This document shows positions 1 through 10,670 of a stretch of DNA of 61,600 nt, piece by piece. The position numbers and the translations under genes were made by a program. The stretch lies in sequence record NC_048193.1. One strand, given 5' to 3'. The notes beneath the pieces are model-generated. The model made no database searches. It was not told the DNA's origin and worked only from the letters and a program-made list of their open reading frames with translations. The DNA comes from Escherichia phage PTXU04. Position 1 is the first letter of the stretch. Every line of letters begins with the position of its first letter.

Positions 1-245
1 GTGGCCTCTTCTCTTAAAGAGCGCCAGAAATTTTCTTCAAACGTTTACCTTAATCAAACGCTCAAAGAGTTACCTTACTCCTTCAGTTGCTCAAAGTTTA
101 ACCAATTCCCGTAGCGCTACACGAAATCTGAGAAAGCGGCAAGGTAAGACACCTGGCCTTTTTACGCAGATGCGCGGTATTTGTGTGACGCAGGTCACAG
201 TGTTAAGCTATGCAGGTGATCACAAACACATAAAGGAATGACGTC

Positions 246-992
246 ATGACACCAGAAACCCGCGCGGGGTTTATCCTGGAGTACATCGAAGGCGACCTGA
301 CCGATCAGTTGCTGGCGGCAAAGTACGGCCTCGATGACTACCAGTTTAAAACCGCTGTACATATCGGAACCGGGAACATCATCAAGCCGGAACCTCTAAC
401 CCGTGGATTAAAGCGCGGTATGCGTAACAGTATGGCGGTGACTCATCTCGCTACCAAAACACTTGACGCTGAAGAGATGGCATTGAGTCCCCTTCAGTCG
501 GCTGAGATTATCGAACCGAAGGCGCGCGACCTGGCGCTATTCCTCAATAACGCGGAGCTATCTTTCGCTAATAACGTGCTCAGGGGAATGAACGCCACCG
601 CAGCAGCCGCCGCCAGCTTTGAGATCTTCAATAAACAACTGGCTGATAAGAAGGCCGCCGAATTATTGCGGTCATCTCACGTTGCCGACTACCTGGCGAG
701 CATGAAGGGTAAAAGCCTGTTTGCCCCGGTGCGGAACAAAGCATACCTTGAGGCCGTACTATGGCAGGTCATCGACCGTGGCCTACAACTGAGGCAGGAA
801 GTCGACACGCTTACAGGGTTACCAGTTGAAGGCCAATGTAAGTACGATCCGAAGTCGGTCATTGCTGCAAGTGCGTTACTGTCACGCCTCAAAGGCTGGG
901 ATAACGTGGAGCAGGGACAAGGTGAAGCCGAAACACAACGCGATCGCTTACGTCGACTGCAAGCAAACTTTAAACAGAATGGGGGCGAGTAA
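246..992 (+). CDS. hypothetical protein, possible terminase small subunit
   Basis: 248-aa ORF with AAAGGAA RBS-like sequence upstream; stop abuts the start of the large terminase at 992. Function inferred from position only; no motif recognised. Confidence 0.45.
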   Translation: MTPETRAGFILEYIEGDLTDQLLAAKYGLDDYQFKTAVHIGTGNIIKPEPLTRGLKRGMRNSMAVTHLATKTLDAEEMALSPLQSAEIIEPKARDLALFLNNAELSFANNVLRGMNATAAAAASFEIFNKQLADKKAAELLRSSHVADYLASMKGKSLFAPVRNKAYLEAVLWQVIDRGLQLRQEVDTLTGLPVEGQCKYDPKSVIAASALLSRLKGWDNVEQGQGEAETQRDRLRRLQANFKQNGGE

Positions 993-2623
993 TGTCTAAA
1001 CGTGACGTGTGGGAGTTTACCAACACCGACGAAGATGTGTGGATGTTGGTCGACTACTTAGAGAAGAAGGCAAATAGCGTTAACTTCACCTTTGAGGATG
1101 ACTCGGAGATGGATGCCTTTTTCCTCAAGTGTCGTAACGAGTTCCAATTCTTCGCTGAGCGGTGCCTTGTTATTCGTGGTAAGGACAACACGATCGCCCC
1201 CATCCGGCTTAACAAAGCTCAGCAATACATGAATGCAATCGCAGCCTGGCAGATGCACCACACCGGAAAGGTGCGGATTGTGGTCGTTAAAGGTCGCCAG
1301 CAGGGGATGAGTACCACGGTCCAGGCCAGAGCATACTGGAAGACGATTCACACCGAGGCTTATCACTCGTTAATTATGGCGCATCAGGCTAAGTCATCAT
1401 CAGCGTTGTTCGACATGACCAAGCGTTACCATCAGCATTGCCCTCCAGACTTGCAGCCTGTTAAGGGTCACGATAACGGCATGATGCTCAGCTTTCCTGA
1501 GTTAGATAGCAAGTACGCCGTGGCAACCGCTGGATCTACATCTGCCGGACGTGGCCTTACAGCTTCCTTCTTCCACGGGTCGGAGGTCGGCTTCTTTGAT
1601 GATGGTGCTGAGATTGCTTCCGGTATCATGCAGGCCATCCCTAATGCCGACGGTACCGAGGTCTATTTAGAGTCAACCGCCAACGGTGCTTCGGGCTATT
1701 TCTACACCCAATGGATGCTGGCAGCGCCTGCGGTCAATGATAGCCTGACGGATGCCGATAGCTCTGGTTTTATCCGTGTATTCGTGCCGTGGTTCTGGCA
1801 AGACGAGTACCGCAGTCCGGCTCCTGATTCCTTCGTGTACAGCGATGAAGAAAGCAAGTATGCCCGACTCTATGGACTGGACCGCGATCAGATGTTCTGG
1901 CGTCGTAAGCAAATCAAGTTGCTTGATGGCGACTCCCGACGCTTCGACCGTGACTATCCGGCAACCGCTGAGTTAGCTTTCCAGGCTACAGGCGACAACC
2001 TGCTTATTACTGGTGACATGGTGGCCTCTGCGTTGTACTGGGCGAAATCCGGTAAGCTCGATCCTGTCGGTGCTACTGTAATGGGCGTAGACGTTGCGGC
2101 AATGGGTGATGACTCGACGGCATTCGTGGTGCGTCGTGGTCGTGTGGTCCTGCATTGTGAGAAGCTGAGCAAGGCCAGCAACGGCGAGATTGCCAACCGT
2201 CTTCATGTACTGCGGGAACTGTACGGCGTCAACCATACGTTCATTGATGGGACTGGCGGCTACGGTACTGGCGTTCATGATCTTCTGGCTGCCCGTGGTG
2301 CTGCACATAATGTTACGCTGGTCCACTTCTCCGAGAAGGCGACGGAAGACCACAAGTACGCCAATAAACGTGCTGAAATGTGGGTTCGTATTCGTGACTG
2401 GATGCGTAACGCTGCCTCACTTCCTCAGGGTCATGACTGGGGCCGCGACCTCTGCGCGCCTACCTACCGCTTTGATGGTGACCGCCTGCGCCTTGAGAAG
2501 AAGGACGAAATTAAGAAGCGTATCGGTCGTTCGCCTGATATTGGTGACGCGCTGGCCCTTACATTCGCCTTCCCGGTTATCGAGGGTGGCTACAACGACA
2601 GCTATGAACCGGATGTCGCTTAA
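992..2623 (+). CDS. terminase large subunit
   Basis: 543 aa; N-terminal ATPase with VVVKGRQQGMSTT Walker-A-like motif typical of phage large terminases; C-terminal nuclease-like region (FIDGTGGYG). Confidence 0.85.
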   Translation: MSKRDVWEFTNTDEDVWMLVDYLEKKANSVNFTFEDDSEMDAFFLKCRNEFQFFAERCLVIRGKDNTIAPIRLNKAQQYMNAIAAWQMHHTGKVRIVVVKGRQQGMSTTVQARAYWKTIHTEAYHSLIMAHQAKSSSALFDMTKRYHQHCPPDLQPVKGHDNGMMLSFPELDSKYAVATAGSTSAGRGLTASFFHGSEVGFFDDGAEIASGIMQAIPNADGTEVYLESTANGASGYFYTQWMLAAPAVNDSLTDADSSGFIRVFVPWFWQDEYRSPAPDSFVYSDEESKYARLYGLDRDQMFWRRKQIKLLDGDSRRFDRDYPATAELAFQATGDNLLITGDMVASALYWAKSGKLDPVGATVMGVDVAAMGDDSTAFVVRRGRVVLHCEKLSKASNGEIANRLHVLRELYGVNHTFIDGTGGYGTGVHDLLAARGAAHNVTLVHFSEKATEDHKYANKRAEMWVRIRDWMRNAASLPQGHDWGRDLCAPTYRFDGDRLRLEKKDEIKKRIGRSPDIGDALALTFAFPVIEGGYNDSYEPDVA

Positions 2624-2682
2624 GATATACTCATCACACGGGGCGCATGGAGTGCCCCACTTCGCCCAGGGAGGGCCAGCTA

Positions 2683-3519
2683 ATGACCGTTACCGTCAAG
2701 CTCATCACCGAGCAAACCACTAACAAACTCGTCGACTCTGTAAACGCGGCTCAGGCTATGGGCTGGTTCCCGGTGTGCGGCGTGGTCTGCTTCAACGCTC
2801 GCTACACTCAGCTAATGACACTGGATACCGACGCTACCGAGGTTCCCGCCTGTAACTATTTTATCGTGGACGCTGCCGACAGCGTATCGTTCACCCAGCG
2901 CGTCAATCAATTACTCGACATTAATCCGGGCGCTGTGTGCCTTTCACCCGTGCAGTATTCACATGCTCGTTACATTCAGGCTTACGGCGATAACGTTGAT
3001 GACAACCGTCCGGTAAGTGCTGTGTTTCGTGCATCCTTCACTACTACAGGTCTTGCGCTGAATCAGTACGTTACCACCGACAACACCCCGCAGGTTGTGG
3101 TGTTCAATGCTCAGGCATTACCTAACGCCGCTCTAGGTACGCTCGACAATGCCACAGGTATATTCACAGCGGCGCGACGCATTGTCGGTACTCTGGCTAT
3201 AACCTGTCAGGTGCGTCGAACTACTGGTGGCGCTGCCGCTGTAACGTGGGGTTTTCAGGTGGAGACATCACCGGACGGCGTAACGTGGACACCTACAGCC
3301 GGGAGCGCACGTTATATCAACCTTCGCGGTGCAGGTGATAACAACGTTTTGCAGGTCATCGGGCTGACATCAGCAGTTGACATCCCGTCCGGCACCCGCC
3401 TCCGTATTACTCAGATGACCGATACATCATCGGCAAACGTTGGTCTGGCAGCACTCCCGGCTATGTTGGGTGGCGCTACGGCTGCGGGTCTGGTGTTCTC
3501 GTTAATTACCACGCTGTGA
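2683..3519 (+). CDS. hypothetical protein
   Basis: ORF-track frame 2647-3519; start moved to in-frame ATG at 2683 preceded by GGAGGG RBS. Followed by GGGGC-TTCG-GCCCC hairpin at 3527-3540. Confidence 0.5.
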   Translation: MTVTVKLITEQTTNKLVDSVNAAQAMGWFPVCGVVCFNARYTQLMTLDTDATEVPACNYFIVDAADSVSFTQRVNQLLDINPGAVCLSPVQYSHARYIQAYGDNVDDNRPVSAVFRASFTTTGLALNQYVTTDNTPQVVVFNAQALPNAALGTLDNATGIFTAARRIVGTLAITCQVRRTTGGAAAVTWGFQVETSPDGVTWTPTAGSARYINLRGAGDNNVLQVIGLTSAVDIPSGTRLRITQMTDTSSANVGLAALPAMLGGATAAGLVFSLITTL

Positions 3520-3560
3520 TACCATAGGGGCTTCGGCCCCTTATTCACGGAGTACATGAC

Positions 3561-5009
3561 ATGGAATTAACAGTTGCGGGTGGCTACTTCATTCCCGGCA
3601 AGACGCCGCAAATTATCAATAAGGTTAATGAGTTAATCGCTCTCGGCTACGTTCCCTACGGTACCCCGACGTATAACGAGGCCAGCGGTTGGGTAAGTCA
3701 GCTAATGGTGCTGGGCTACGGCGGCAGCGCTACTGACTACACTCTCACGACTGGTTATCTCGATAAGACTCCCTACTTCCCTAAGAAGCCGCCAGTTAAC
3801 GGTAATTGGGTGTTGCTCGGCTCACTACTGGCGCGCTCCAATAATTTCTACGTGCACGCATGGCTTGACGGCGTAGCCGCTGGCCCACTCATCAATATCG
3901 ACACGGGCACCACTGGCACGCTACCAATCAGCCGGGGCGGTACCGGGGCAACTACGGAACTGGACGCACGCAACAATCTGGAGTTAGGCGCAGAGGATGA
4001 CGTGACGTTTAACAGCGTTACCAGTCGCAAGCGCAACACCGGAACGTCAGCGTTCATCGCTCAGGGCGTTGATGGCTACACTCCAGCATCCAGCTTTACA
4101 ACGCAGATGTACGACACCGCAGGTACCACGTTGCTCGGTCAGGGCGAGTTCCGCGCCAACAATAACGGTACGCTGCAAATCATCAACCGCGATCCTGTAG
4201 GTTCAACGTCATACTTCTGGACCTTCGGACGCGACGGGACTACTGAGTTTCCGGGACAAACAATTATTCCCGCAACTCCGGGTAAACCTTGCATCCTCAG
4301 GTCGGGTGCTCCGGTTCTCCAGTTTGAGGAAACCGATACTGGCAAGGTTTACACGATGGTTGCCGATGGTAGCGGTCTGCGTATCAATGCTAACAACACA
4401 AGCGGTCCGATCGTATGGGGTTATAGCGGAACAACATCTCGTCTACAATTACCTGGTATCGAGGGTAACATTCAGATGTATAGCGGCACCACAACCAGCC
4501 TCGGTGTAATCACTACTGGCGGCGGTACCACAGCGGTGGGTACTCGCAACCAGTTTGAGGTGACCACTTCGGCGGGGTTCTATCTGGTGCGACGTAACAC
4601 TCAGAACACCACCGGACAATATATTATCAACTTCCCTACGAGTGCAGGAACCCTGGCCCTCGCAGGTACGTCAGGTATCAATTTCAAACATGACATTACT
4701 GACGCCGATTTACTGGAAGCTGTGAACCGCATCGACGCGCTACGCATGGTCAACTTTGTCTACAACGACGACGAGCAAAACCGCCAGCGCTTCGGGATTA
4801 TCGCGGAAGAGGCGGAAACTATAGCTCCGCAGTACATTAAACATCGTGAAGAAATGTATGAATGCGACATTGACGAGAACGGATCATCCATCAACCAGAA
4901 GTTCCGCGACCGTCCGTTTGTTGACGTTAACCCCATCGTCATGGATTTACTGGGCTACGTTAAGCACTTGTCGGCACGCGTGGCTGAACTGGAAGAGAAA
5001 TTAAAGTGA
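3561..5009 (+). CDS. tail fiber/spike protein with C-terminal intramolecular chaperone (peptidase S74-like) domain
   Basis: 482 aa; Gly/Thr-rich beta region; C-terminus (FGIIAEEAETIAPQYI ... LLGYVKHLSARVAELEEKLK) resembles the self-cleaving chaperone domain of phage fibers/endosialidases. GGAG RBS 9 nt upstream. Confidence 0.6.
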   Translation: MELTVAGGYFIPGKTPQIINKVNELIALGYVPYGTPTYNEASGWVSQLMVLGYGGSATDYTLTTGYLDKTPYFPKKPPVNGNWVLLGSLLARSNNFYVHAWLDGVAAGPLINIDTGTTGTLPISRGGTGATTELDARNNLELGAEDDVTFNSVTSRKRNTGTSAFIAQGVDGYTPASSFTTQMYDTAGTTLLGQGEFRANNNGTLQIINRDPVGSTSYFWTFGRDGTTEFPGQTIIPATPGKPCILRSGAPVLQFEETDTGKVYTMVADGSGLRINANNTSGPIVWGYSGTTSRLQLPGIEGNIQMYSGTTTSLGVITTGGGTTAVGTRNQFEVTTSAGFYLVRRNTQNTTGQYIINFPTSAGTLALAGTSGINFKHDITDADLLEAVNRIDALRMVNFVYNDDEQNRQRFGIIAEEAETIAPQYIKHREEMYECDIDENGSSINQKFRDRPFVDVNPIVMDLLGYVKHLSARVAELEEKLK

Positions 5010-5041
5010 TGTTATCATGCACTGATTAACGGAGGTGTACT

Positions 5042-5230
5042 ATGGCAGGACGTCAAGTTTCATACACTACCCGCAGCTTCACTGAAATCGTGAATCGCCT
5101 GGACCCGAAGCGACTGTCTACCCCGGAAGCGGTATACGTGTTCGACAACGGAAAGGTGAAGAGCGAGCAGCCGACGCTACCGGGTCACGACTATCGTTGG
5201 ACTAAGGACATTGAGAATGACAACAGTTAA
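5042..5230 (+). CDS. hypothetical protein
   Basis: 62-aa ORF with strong GGAGGTG RBS. Confidence 0.45.
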   Translation: MAGRQVSYTTRSFTEIVNRLDPKRLSTPEAVYVFDNGKVKSEQPTLPGHDYRWTKDIENDNS

Positions 5231-5585
5231 CCATGCAGTGATTTACACGCGCGGTACAGGTAGTGACGCTATCGAGATTGCAAACTACGAACTGGCCTCC
5301 ATCATCGGCGAGTGTCTGCACAACGCATACCCCGGCTACCTGTGGCGTGTAAACGCTGAGATTGAAGGTGGTATCGTTAACATCCTGTGTGGCGACGTGT
5401 CCTACGAGTCCGGCGCTACGTTGATGATCGCTGACCTGGAAGAACCTGTCGCGGCCAAGCGTCACGTACTGAAGGCTGGTGGTGAAATTCTGGAACGCGC
5501 CAGACTGCACCGTGGACGTATGCGCGAGCATGAACTGGTGGAAGCCAAGCGCGACATTCGTGGTAACATCATTGGTTTAAACTGA
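5211..5585 (+). CDS. hypothetical protein
   Basis: 124-aa ORF overlapping the previous stop; AAGGA RBS. Confidence 0.45.
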   Translation: MRMTTVNHAVIYTRGTGSDAIEIANYELASIIGECLHNAYPGYLWRVNAEIEGGIVNILCGDVSYESGATLMIADLEEPVAAKRHVLKAGGEILERARLHRGRMREHELVEAKRDIRGNIIGLN

Positions 5586-5595
5586 GGATTAAGAG

Positions 5596-7977
5596 ATGCC
5601 GAACGCACAAAAGGGGATTAGTGAGTCCCTCGTTGGTCGCGCGCCGGACACCCAGTCGCCTTACGGCGGCGGTGGTGCTCGCGGGATTACGCAGGTAAAC
5701 GACGATCCGTACCGCGCTAACCAGATTATTCCGGGCGCTGAACTGGACATCAACCAGGCATCCTTCGGTGAGATGGACTCATTCTCCCAGTTCGAGAAGG
5801 AAGGCGATACGCTGCAAGCCGAGGAACAGACCTACGACCAACCGGACGACTCCGGCGTTGCTGGCATGTCTGAAACTGAGTGGGTAGACCTCGGTCGCCG
5901 TTGCTATGACACGGGCCGCACCTTCTACCGTCAGGGCTACCAGACGCAGCACATCAACGACACCTATCTGTTTAAAGGTCGCCACGAACCGGGCAGCAAG
6001 TATTACAGCGAAGCGTTCCGCAACCGCTCGAAAGTTTTCCGCCCGTTAACCCGCATGGCCTCCCGTAGCTGGGAAGCGGACATTGCAACCGCTCTGTTCC
6101 TGAACGATGACTACATGCACATCTCGCCACGCAACGTAACCGATCAGGATGCGGATAAAGCGGCGGCAGTGCTGAAGGAAATTGTAAACCTTCGTCTGGA
6201 TAAAATCTGGTACCCGATTTGTATCGGTGCGGCGCAGGACTCATTCATCAATGGGCCAGCAATCGCTAAGGTTTTCTGGTGGCGTGAAACTACCGTTACC
6301 AAAACTGACATTCCGGTGCTGGATGAGATGGGTAATCTGGTCGGTCTGGAAACTACCGAGAACGAAATCGTCGTTCACGATGAGCCGTACATCGACCTGA
6401 TCCTGCCGGAAAACTTTATCTTTGACCCGACCGCAAAAGCGAACGATGTCATCGGTACTGGCAAGTATTTCATCCACAGAAAAATGATGTCTGTTGATGA
6501 CGTCATGGTACGGATGGAACGCGGCGAGTGGAACATGCTGTCACCTGGCGAAATCCTGACGTGTCGCTGGGCGATGGAAGACGACGCCACGCAGCAGGCA
6601 AAACGCGGTGAAGGTAAGCCGGACCCAATCAACAACGACAACGCTGATACCCGTTACGAATCCGTGATGGTTAACGAAGTGTTCGTCCGCCGTGACGGTA
6701 TCTGGTACACCTACCACATGATGGGTACCCAGTTCTTACTGGAAATGCCTGTGGAACTGAAGAACCGCTATCACCACGGTCGCCTGCCGTTCGTTTACGG
6801 TACCTGCATGATTGAGTCTCACAACAACGTGCCGGACTCAAAAGCCCACCTGGGTAGCGAGTTGCAGAAGGCAGTGAACGAAATCAGTAACCAGCGCGTG
6901 GACAACGTTAAGCTCGTACTGAACAAGCGTTATCTGGCGCGTCGCGGTGCATCTATCGACCTGGCCGCTCTGACACGCTCCACTCCGGGCGGCGTAATTT
7001 TCACCAGCGACCCGGCTGGCGACCTGATCCCGCAGGAAGTGAACGACGTCACCAGTAGCAGCTATGAGGAAACTCAGCGCCTGACTATGGAGATGAACGA
7101 AGCGCAGGGTACCTTCAGCGGCCAGGCTGTAGCCAACAACCGCGAGATGAACGAAACCGTCGGTGGTATGAAGTTGCTGAGCAACGCCGCTACCAAAGTG
7201 AACGACTTCGACATCCGTACCTTCGTTTTCACCTTCGTGCGCCCGGTGCTGGAACTGTTCATGCTCACCGTTCAGTATTATGAGAACGACGAGACGATCA
7301 TGCACATCGCCGTCGACAACTCGGCCTACTTCCCGCGCCTCAACGTGGAAGACCTGACCGACGATCTCATGACTAAACAGCTTGAGATGAAAGTCGATAC
7401 AGGTATTGGTGCAACTGATCCGGTACAGCGCGTAAACACCTTGATGTACGGTGTGACGACGGTAATGCAGTTACCCGGCATGGCTGACAACATGGATAGT
7501 AAAGCCGTCGGCAGCGCTATCTTCTCAACGCTCGGTCAGGGTGACGGTAGTAAATTCTTCCCGAATCTGGCGAAGAACTTCCAGGAGCCGCCTCCGTCAG
7601 AACCACCAGTTGATCCGCTGGTACAGGCTGCACAGGAAGAAGCGAAAGGTCGAGTGCAGGAAGCGCAGATTAAAGCTGAACTGGAACTCCAGAAGCAAGC
7701 CAACCAACTGGCCGCCGACCGCGAACTGAAGTTGATTCAGATGGCGCTCGACGCAGAACTGGAAGGTAAGCGCGGTCAGCTTGATATGTTGCTGTCTATG
7801 CTGGATAATGAAACCCGGCTACGGATTGCCGAAGCACAGGACAAGACCAAGCGTCAGACCACCGCACTCCAGCACGGAAGCTCATTGCAGCAGACGGCGA
7901 TGCAGCAGGCCCAGCAAATCGGCCAGCAGGTAACGCCTACTCAGCAGGAAGTTATCAATGAGTCAAACGTCAAGTAA
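5596..7977 (+). CDS. portal protein
   Basis: 793-aa protein between terminase and scaffold/capsid genes; size, position and coiled-coil C-terminus fit a podovirus-type portal. Positional call. Confidence 0.65.
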   Translation: MPNAQKGISESLVGRAPDTQSPYGGGGARGITQVNDDPYRANQIIPGAELDINQASFGEMDSFSQFEKEGDTLQAEEQTYDQPDDSGVAGMSETEWVDLGRRCYDTGRTFYRQGYQTQHINDTYLFKGRHEPGSKYYSEAFRNRSKVFRPLTRMASRSWEADIATALFLNDDYMHISPRNVTDQDADKAAAVLKEIVNLRLDKIWYPICIGAAQDSFINGPAIAKVFWWRETTVTKTDIPVLDEMGNLVGLETTENEIVVHDEPYIDLILPENFIFDPTAKANDVIGTGKYFIHRKMMSVDDVMVRMERGEWNMLSPGEILTCRWAMEDDATQQAKRGEGKPDPINNDNADTRYESVMVNEVFVRRDGIWYTYHMMGTQFLLEMPVELKNRYHHGRLPFVYGTCMIESHNNVPDSKAHLGSELQKAVNEISNQRVDNVKLVLNKRYLARRGASIDLAALTRSTPGGVIFTSDPAGDLIPQEVNDVTSSSYEETQRLTMEMNEAQGTFSGQAVANNREMNETVGGMKLLSNAATKVNDFDIRTFVFTFVRPVLELFMLTVQYYENDETIMHIAVDNSAYFPRLNVEDLTDDLMTKQLEMKVDTGIGATDPVQRVNTLMYGVTTVMQLPGMADNMDSKAVGSAIFSTLGQGDGSKFFPNLAKNFQEPPPSEPPVDPLVQAAQEEAKGRVQEAQIKAELELQKQANQLAADRELKLIQMALDAELEGKRGQLDMLLSMLDNETRLRIAEAQDKTKRQTTALQHGSSLQQTAMQQAQQIGQQVTPTQQEVINESNVK

Positions 7978-8356
7978 ATCACCTACGAGCGCGCATGTAG
8001 TATATGCGCGCAACATTAATCACATTGATATGCGGCAAGATGATTTGATGTCGGATACCTTGCCCGTCAATTATCTTTACAGTAAGATAAACATCGGTGA
8101 GGATGCCGCTCACTTTTTTACCGAAACGTTGCTGGGCGCGGATTTCGATGTGCGCCTTCGCGAGCAGTTCACCGCAGGCTTTGAGAAGTTGCTCACGGCT
8201 AACCCGGCGAACACTAGCGAAATTGTAGAGGCACAGATTGCCTGCCTGACCGTCATCAAAATTTACGAAACGATTGGCGCTCAGATTGAAGAAAAGGAAA
8301 GCAGCAAGCAGCAGTTAAACCAACAGCAGTTAGATGAAGACGGAGAAACAGCATGA
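7958..8356 (+). CDS. hypothetical protein
   Basis: 132-aa acidic ORF between portal and scaffold; translationally coupled on both sides. Confidence 0.45.
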   Translation: MSQTSSKSPTSAHVVYARNINHIDMRQDDLMSDTLPVNYLYSKINIGEDAAHFFTETLLGADFDVRLREQFTAGFEKLLTANPANTSEIVEAQIACLTVIKIYETIGAQIEEKESSKQQLNQQQLDEDGETA

Positions 8357-9633
8357 CTATCCAACAGGACGCCATGACCCGTAAAGCAACCGAAGTATCA
8401 AAGCAACAGGTCATTGAAGAGAACAACGCAGCAGCCGTGGCCGCTGGATTCACCCAGCAGGAAATCGAAGGTGCCAGCGATCATCTGGATGCCGTCGAGC
8501 AGACCGCCGAGGCCAAGAAAAGTATCTCTGACCGGGTGCGCGAAAACCAAGCCGCTCAGGCAAAAGATTCCGAAGACTTCCTCGCCAGCATCGCCGAACG
8601 TCGCCGCCAGCATTTAGCTGAAGGTGCAGATGAAGGTTTCGACCTTTACGGTCTTGACAACGATGAAGAAAGTCAGGACAATCAGGTACAGGAAGAAGAA
8701 ACTGAGGTAGAGCAGGACGCTCAGGTGCAGCAGGAAGCCGCGCCGCAAGTGGATAACAATGCCCCTCGCTTCTTCACCGACGCCAACGGTAACCAGAAAG
8801 TTGAACTTCTGGTAAATGGCAAAGTTCAAGTAGTCGATGCTTCACGCGTTATCGCGGCAGCCCAAAAGCTGGAAGCAGGTGACGAGCGGTTGCGCCAGGC
8901 CGCAGAAGAACGCCAGCGTTTAGAACGCGAACGTGCTGAACTTGAACAATTACGACTGGCCTCGCAACAGACTCAACAGCCATCCAGTACGGACGCTGAC
9001 CCTGATCTGAAAGCGAAATTGCGACAAGGTTTTGAACGCCTTTATAACGAAGGCGACGATAGCGCACTGGACGAGCTAGTAGATACCCTGGCAAAAGGAC
9101 GCCAACAGGCCATCCCACAGGTTGATACCACTCAGGTTGTTCAGCAAGTAATCGTAGAGCAAAACCGTAAAGCATGGGATCACTCCCTGCAAGTTGACGC
9201 ACAGACTTACGAGTCTGATCCGCAATATGCAGATGTGGTCGGTAACCCGGCACTCAGTGCTAAAGCAGCGCAGTATGCTCAGCAACTGGTACGTGAAAGT
9301 AATGCTCGCGATAACAACATCCGTCCTCTGGACATCATGGTGCGCGCGGCAAACATGGCACGTAACGAAGCTCGTGAACTGGCAGCAGCTTTAGGTTATA
9401 CTGGTCAACAGGTTACCACAACGCAGCAGGTTAACTCGCGCGCAGCAGCAGTTGAAGCTCGTAAGAGTCAGGTAGGTCAAACCGTGCTGGGTAGCGGTGC
9501 GCAACGTGAAAGCGAAGCGCCGAAAAAAGCAGCAGTACCGGATGGTGGCCGCAGCCCGTCTTCAATGGACGCTAAGTTGGCAGCCTTCTCAGGTCTGACG
9601 CAGGGCAGAACCGCCCCAGCAATTAAACGTTAA
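8353..9633 (+). CDS. scaffolding protein (putative)
   Basis: 426 aa, highly acidic and coiled-coil rich (EE/QQ/RQR runs), directly upstream of the capsid gene. Confidence 0.55.
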   Translation: MTIQQDAMTRKATEVSKQQVIEENNAAAVAAGFTQQEIEGASDHLDAVEQTAEAKKSISDRVRENQAAQAKDSEDFLASIAERRRQHLAEGADEGFDLYGLDNDEESQDNQVQEEETEVEQDAQVQQEAAPQVDNNAPRFFTDANGNQKVELLVNGKVQVVDASRVIAAAQKLEAGDERLRQAAEERQRLERERAELEQLRLASQQTQQPSSTDADPDLKAKLRQGFERLYNEGDDSALDELVDTLAKGRQQAIPQVDTTQVVQQVIVEQNRKAWDHSLQVDAQTYESDPQYADVVGNPALSAKAAQYAQQLVRESNARDNNIRPLDIMVRAANMARNEARELAAALGYTGQQVTTTQQVNSRAAAVEARKSQVGQTVLGSGAQRESEAPKKAAVPDGGRSPSSMDAKLAAFSGLTQGRTAPAIKR

Positions 9634-9655
9634 TCGTTGAAAGGAGAGTAACACT

Positions 9656-10627
9656 ATGGCAGGTCAATTGTGGGGCGTTGAGCGTCTCGGCGGGTTCATG
9701 TACTCAGACCAACTGAGTCAGTATCTGCGTAAAGAAGTACAGCCGATGATGCGTTTCCGCCAGTTCTGCTCGGCGAAAGAAGCATTTACCTACGGTCGCG
9801 GTGATATTTTCCATTGGGACATCTTCACCAACGTACGTACCCAGGGCGGTCGTCTGAAAGAAGGTCAGGCTCTGCCAGAAACCAACTTCGAAATCCGCCA
9901 GGGTTCCTTGCAGATCGACGAGTTCGGTAACTCTGTACCGTACACCAAAAAACTGGACAACTTGTCCAAAGTTCCGGTTGAGAACATTATCCAGTCCGCT
10001 CTGAAAGACGACTGTGCTAAGACCCTCGACTACGAAGCGTACAGCCAGTTCAACCAGACTCGTCTGGTAGCTTCCCCGGTTAGCGGCACCTCCGCTACTC
10101 AGGTGAACATCGAAGCCGTGGCCGCCGCTGGTGACCATACTGCGACTGTGAACGACGCTGCACTGTCTCTGGACCACGTTAAAGCTATCATCGACGAGAT
10201 GAAAGAGCGTAACATTCCGGGCTACGACGGTGATGACTACTTCGCTCTGGCGCGTCCGACGACTTTCCGTCCGATTCGTAACGAGATCGAAGAACTGTCT
10301 AAGTACGTTGAAAGCGGCTGGCGTAACATTCGCCTGGGCGAAATCGGCAAATACGAAGGTTGCCGCTTTGTTGAGCAGACTAACATCCCGTCTAAGGGCT
10401 GGACCAATGGTAAGTCTGACGAAGCGTTCTTCTTCGGTGGCGATACCGTAACTGAAGCAGTTACCGATCCTGAACAGATTCGTGGTAAACTGCCTACCGA
10501 CTACGGTCGTTCCAAAGGTGTTGCGTGGTACTACATGGGTGGCTTCGGTATCGTTCACAACCAGTCTCAGGCTGACGATCCGCAGGCACTTCAGAACCGC
10601 ATCATCCGTTGGGACTCAGCGTCCTAA
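9656..10627 (+). CDS. major capsid protein (putative)
   Basis: 323 aa; strong AAAGGAGAG RBS; follows scaffold; followed at 10636-10651 by a GGGGGC-TTCG-GCCCCC hairpin, typical of highly expressed capsid genes. Confidence 0.6.
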   Translation: MAGQLWGVERLGGFMYSDQLSQYLRKEVQPMMRFRQFCSAKEAFTYGRGDIFHWDIFTNVRTQGGRLKEGQALPETNFEIRQGSLQIDEFGNSVPYTKKLDNLSKVPVENIIQSALKDDCAKTLDYEAYSQFNQTRLVASPVSGTSATQVNIEAVAAAGDHTATVNDAALSLDHVKAIIDEMKERNIPGYDGDDYFALARPTTFRPIRNEIEELSKYVESGWRNIRLGEIGKYEGCRFVEQTNIPSKGWTNGKSDEAFFFGGDTVTEAVTDPEQIRGKLPTDYGRSKGVAWYYMGGFGIVHNQSQADDPQALQNRIIRWDSAS

Positions 10628-10670
10628 GTTTAATCGGGGGCTTCGGCCCCCAAATTGAAGGAGAAGTAAC

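Noticed and set aside
9704-10558. 284-aa ORF antisense to the capsid gene
   Set aside because: Fully contained within the strongly supported capsid gene on the opposite strand; no RBS; typical antisense ORF.
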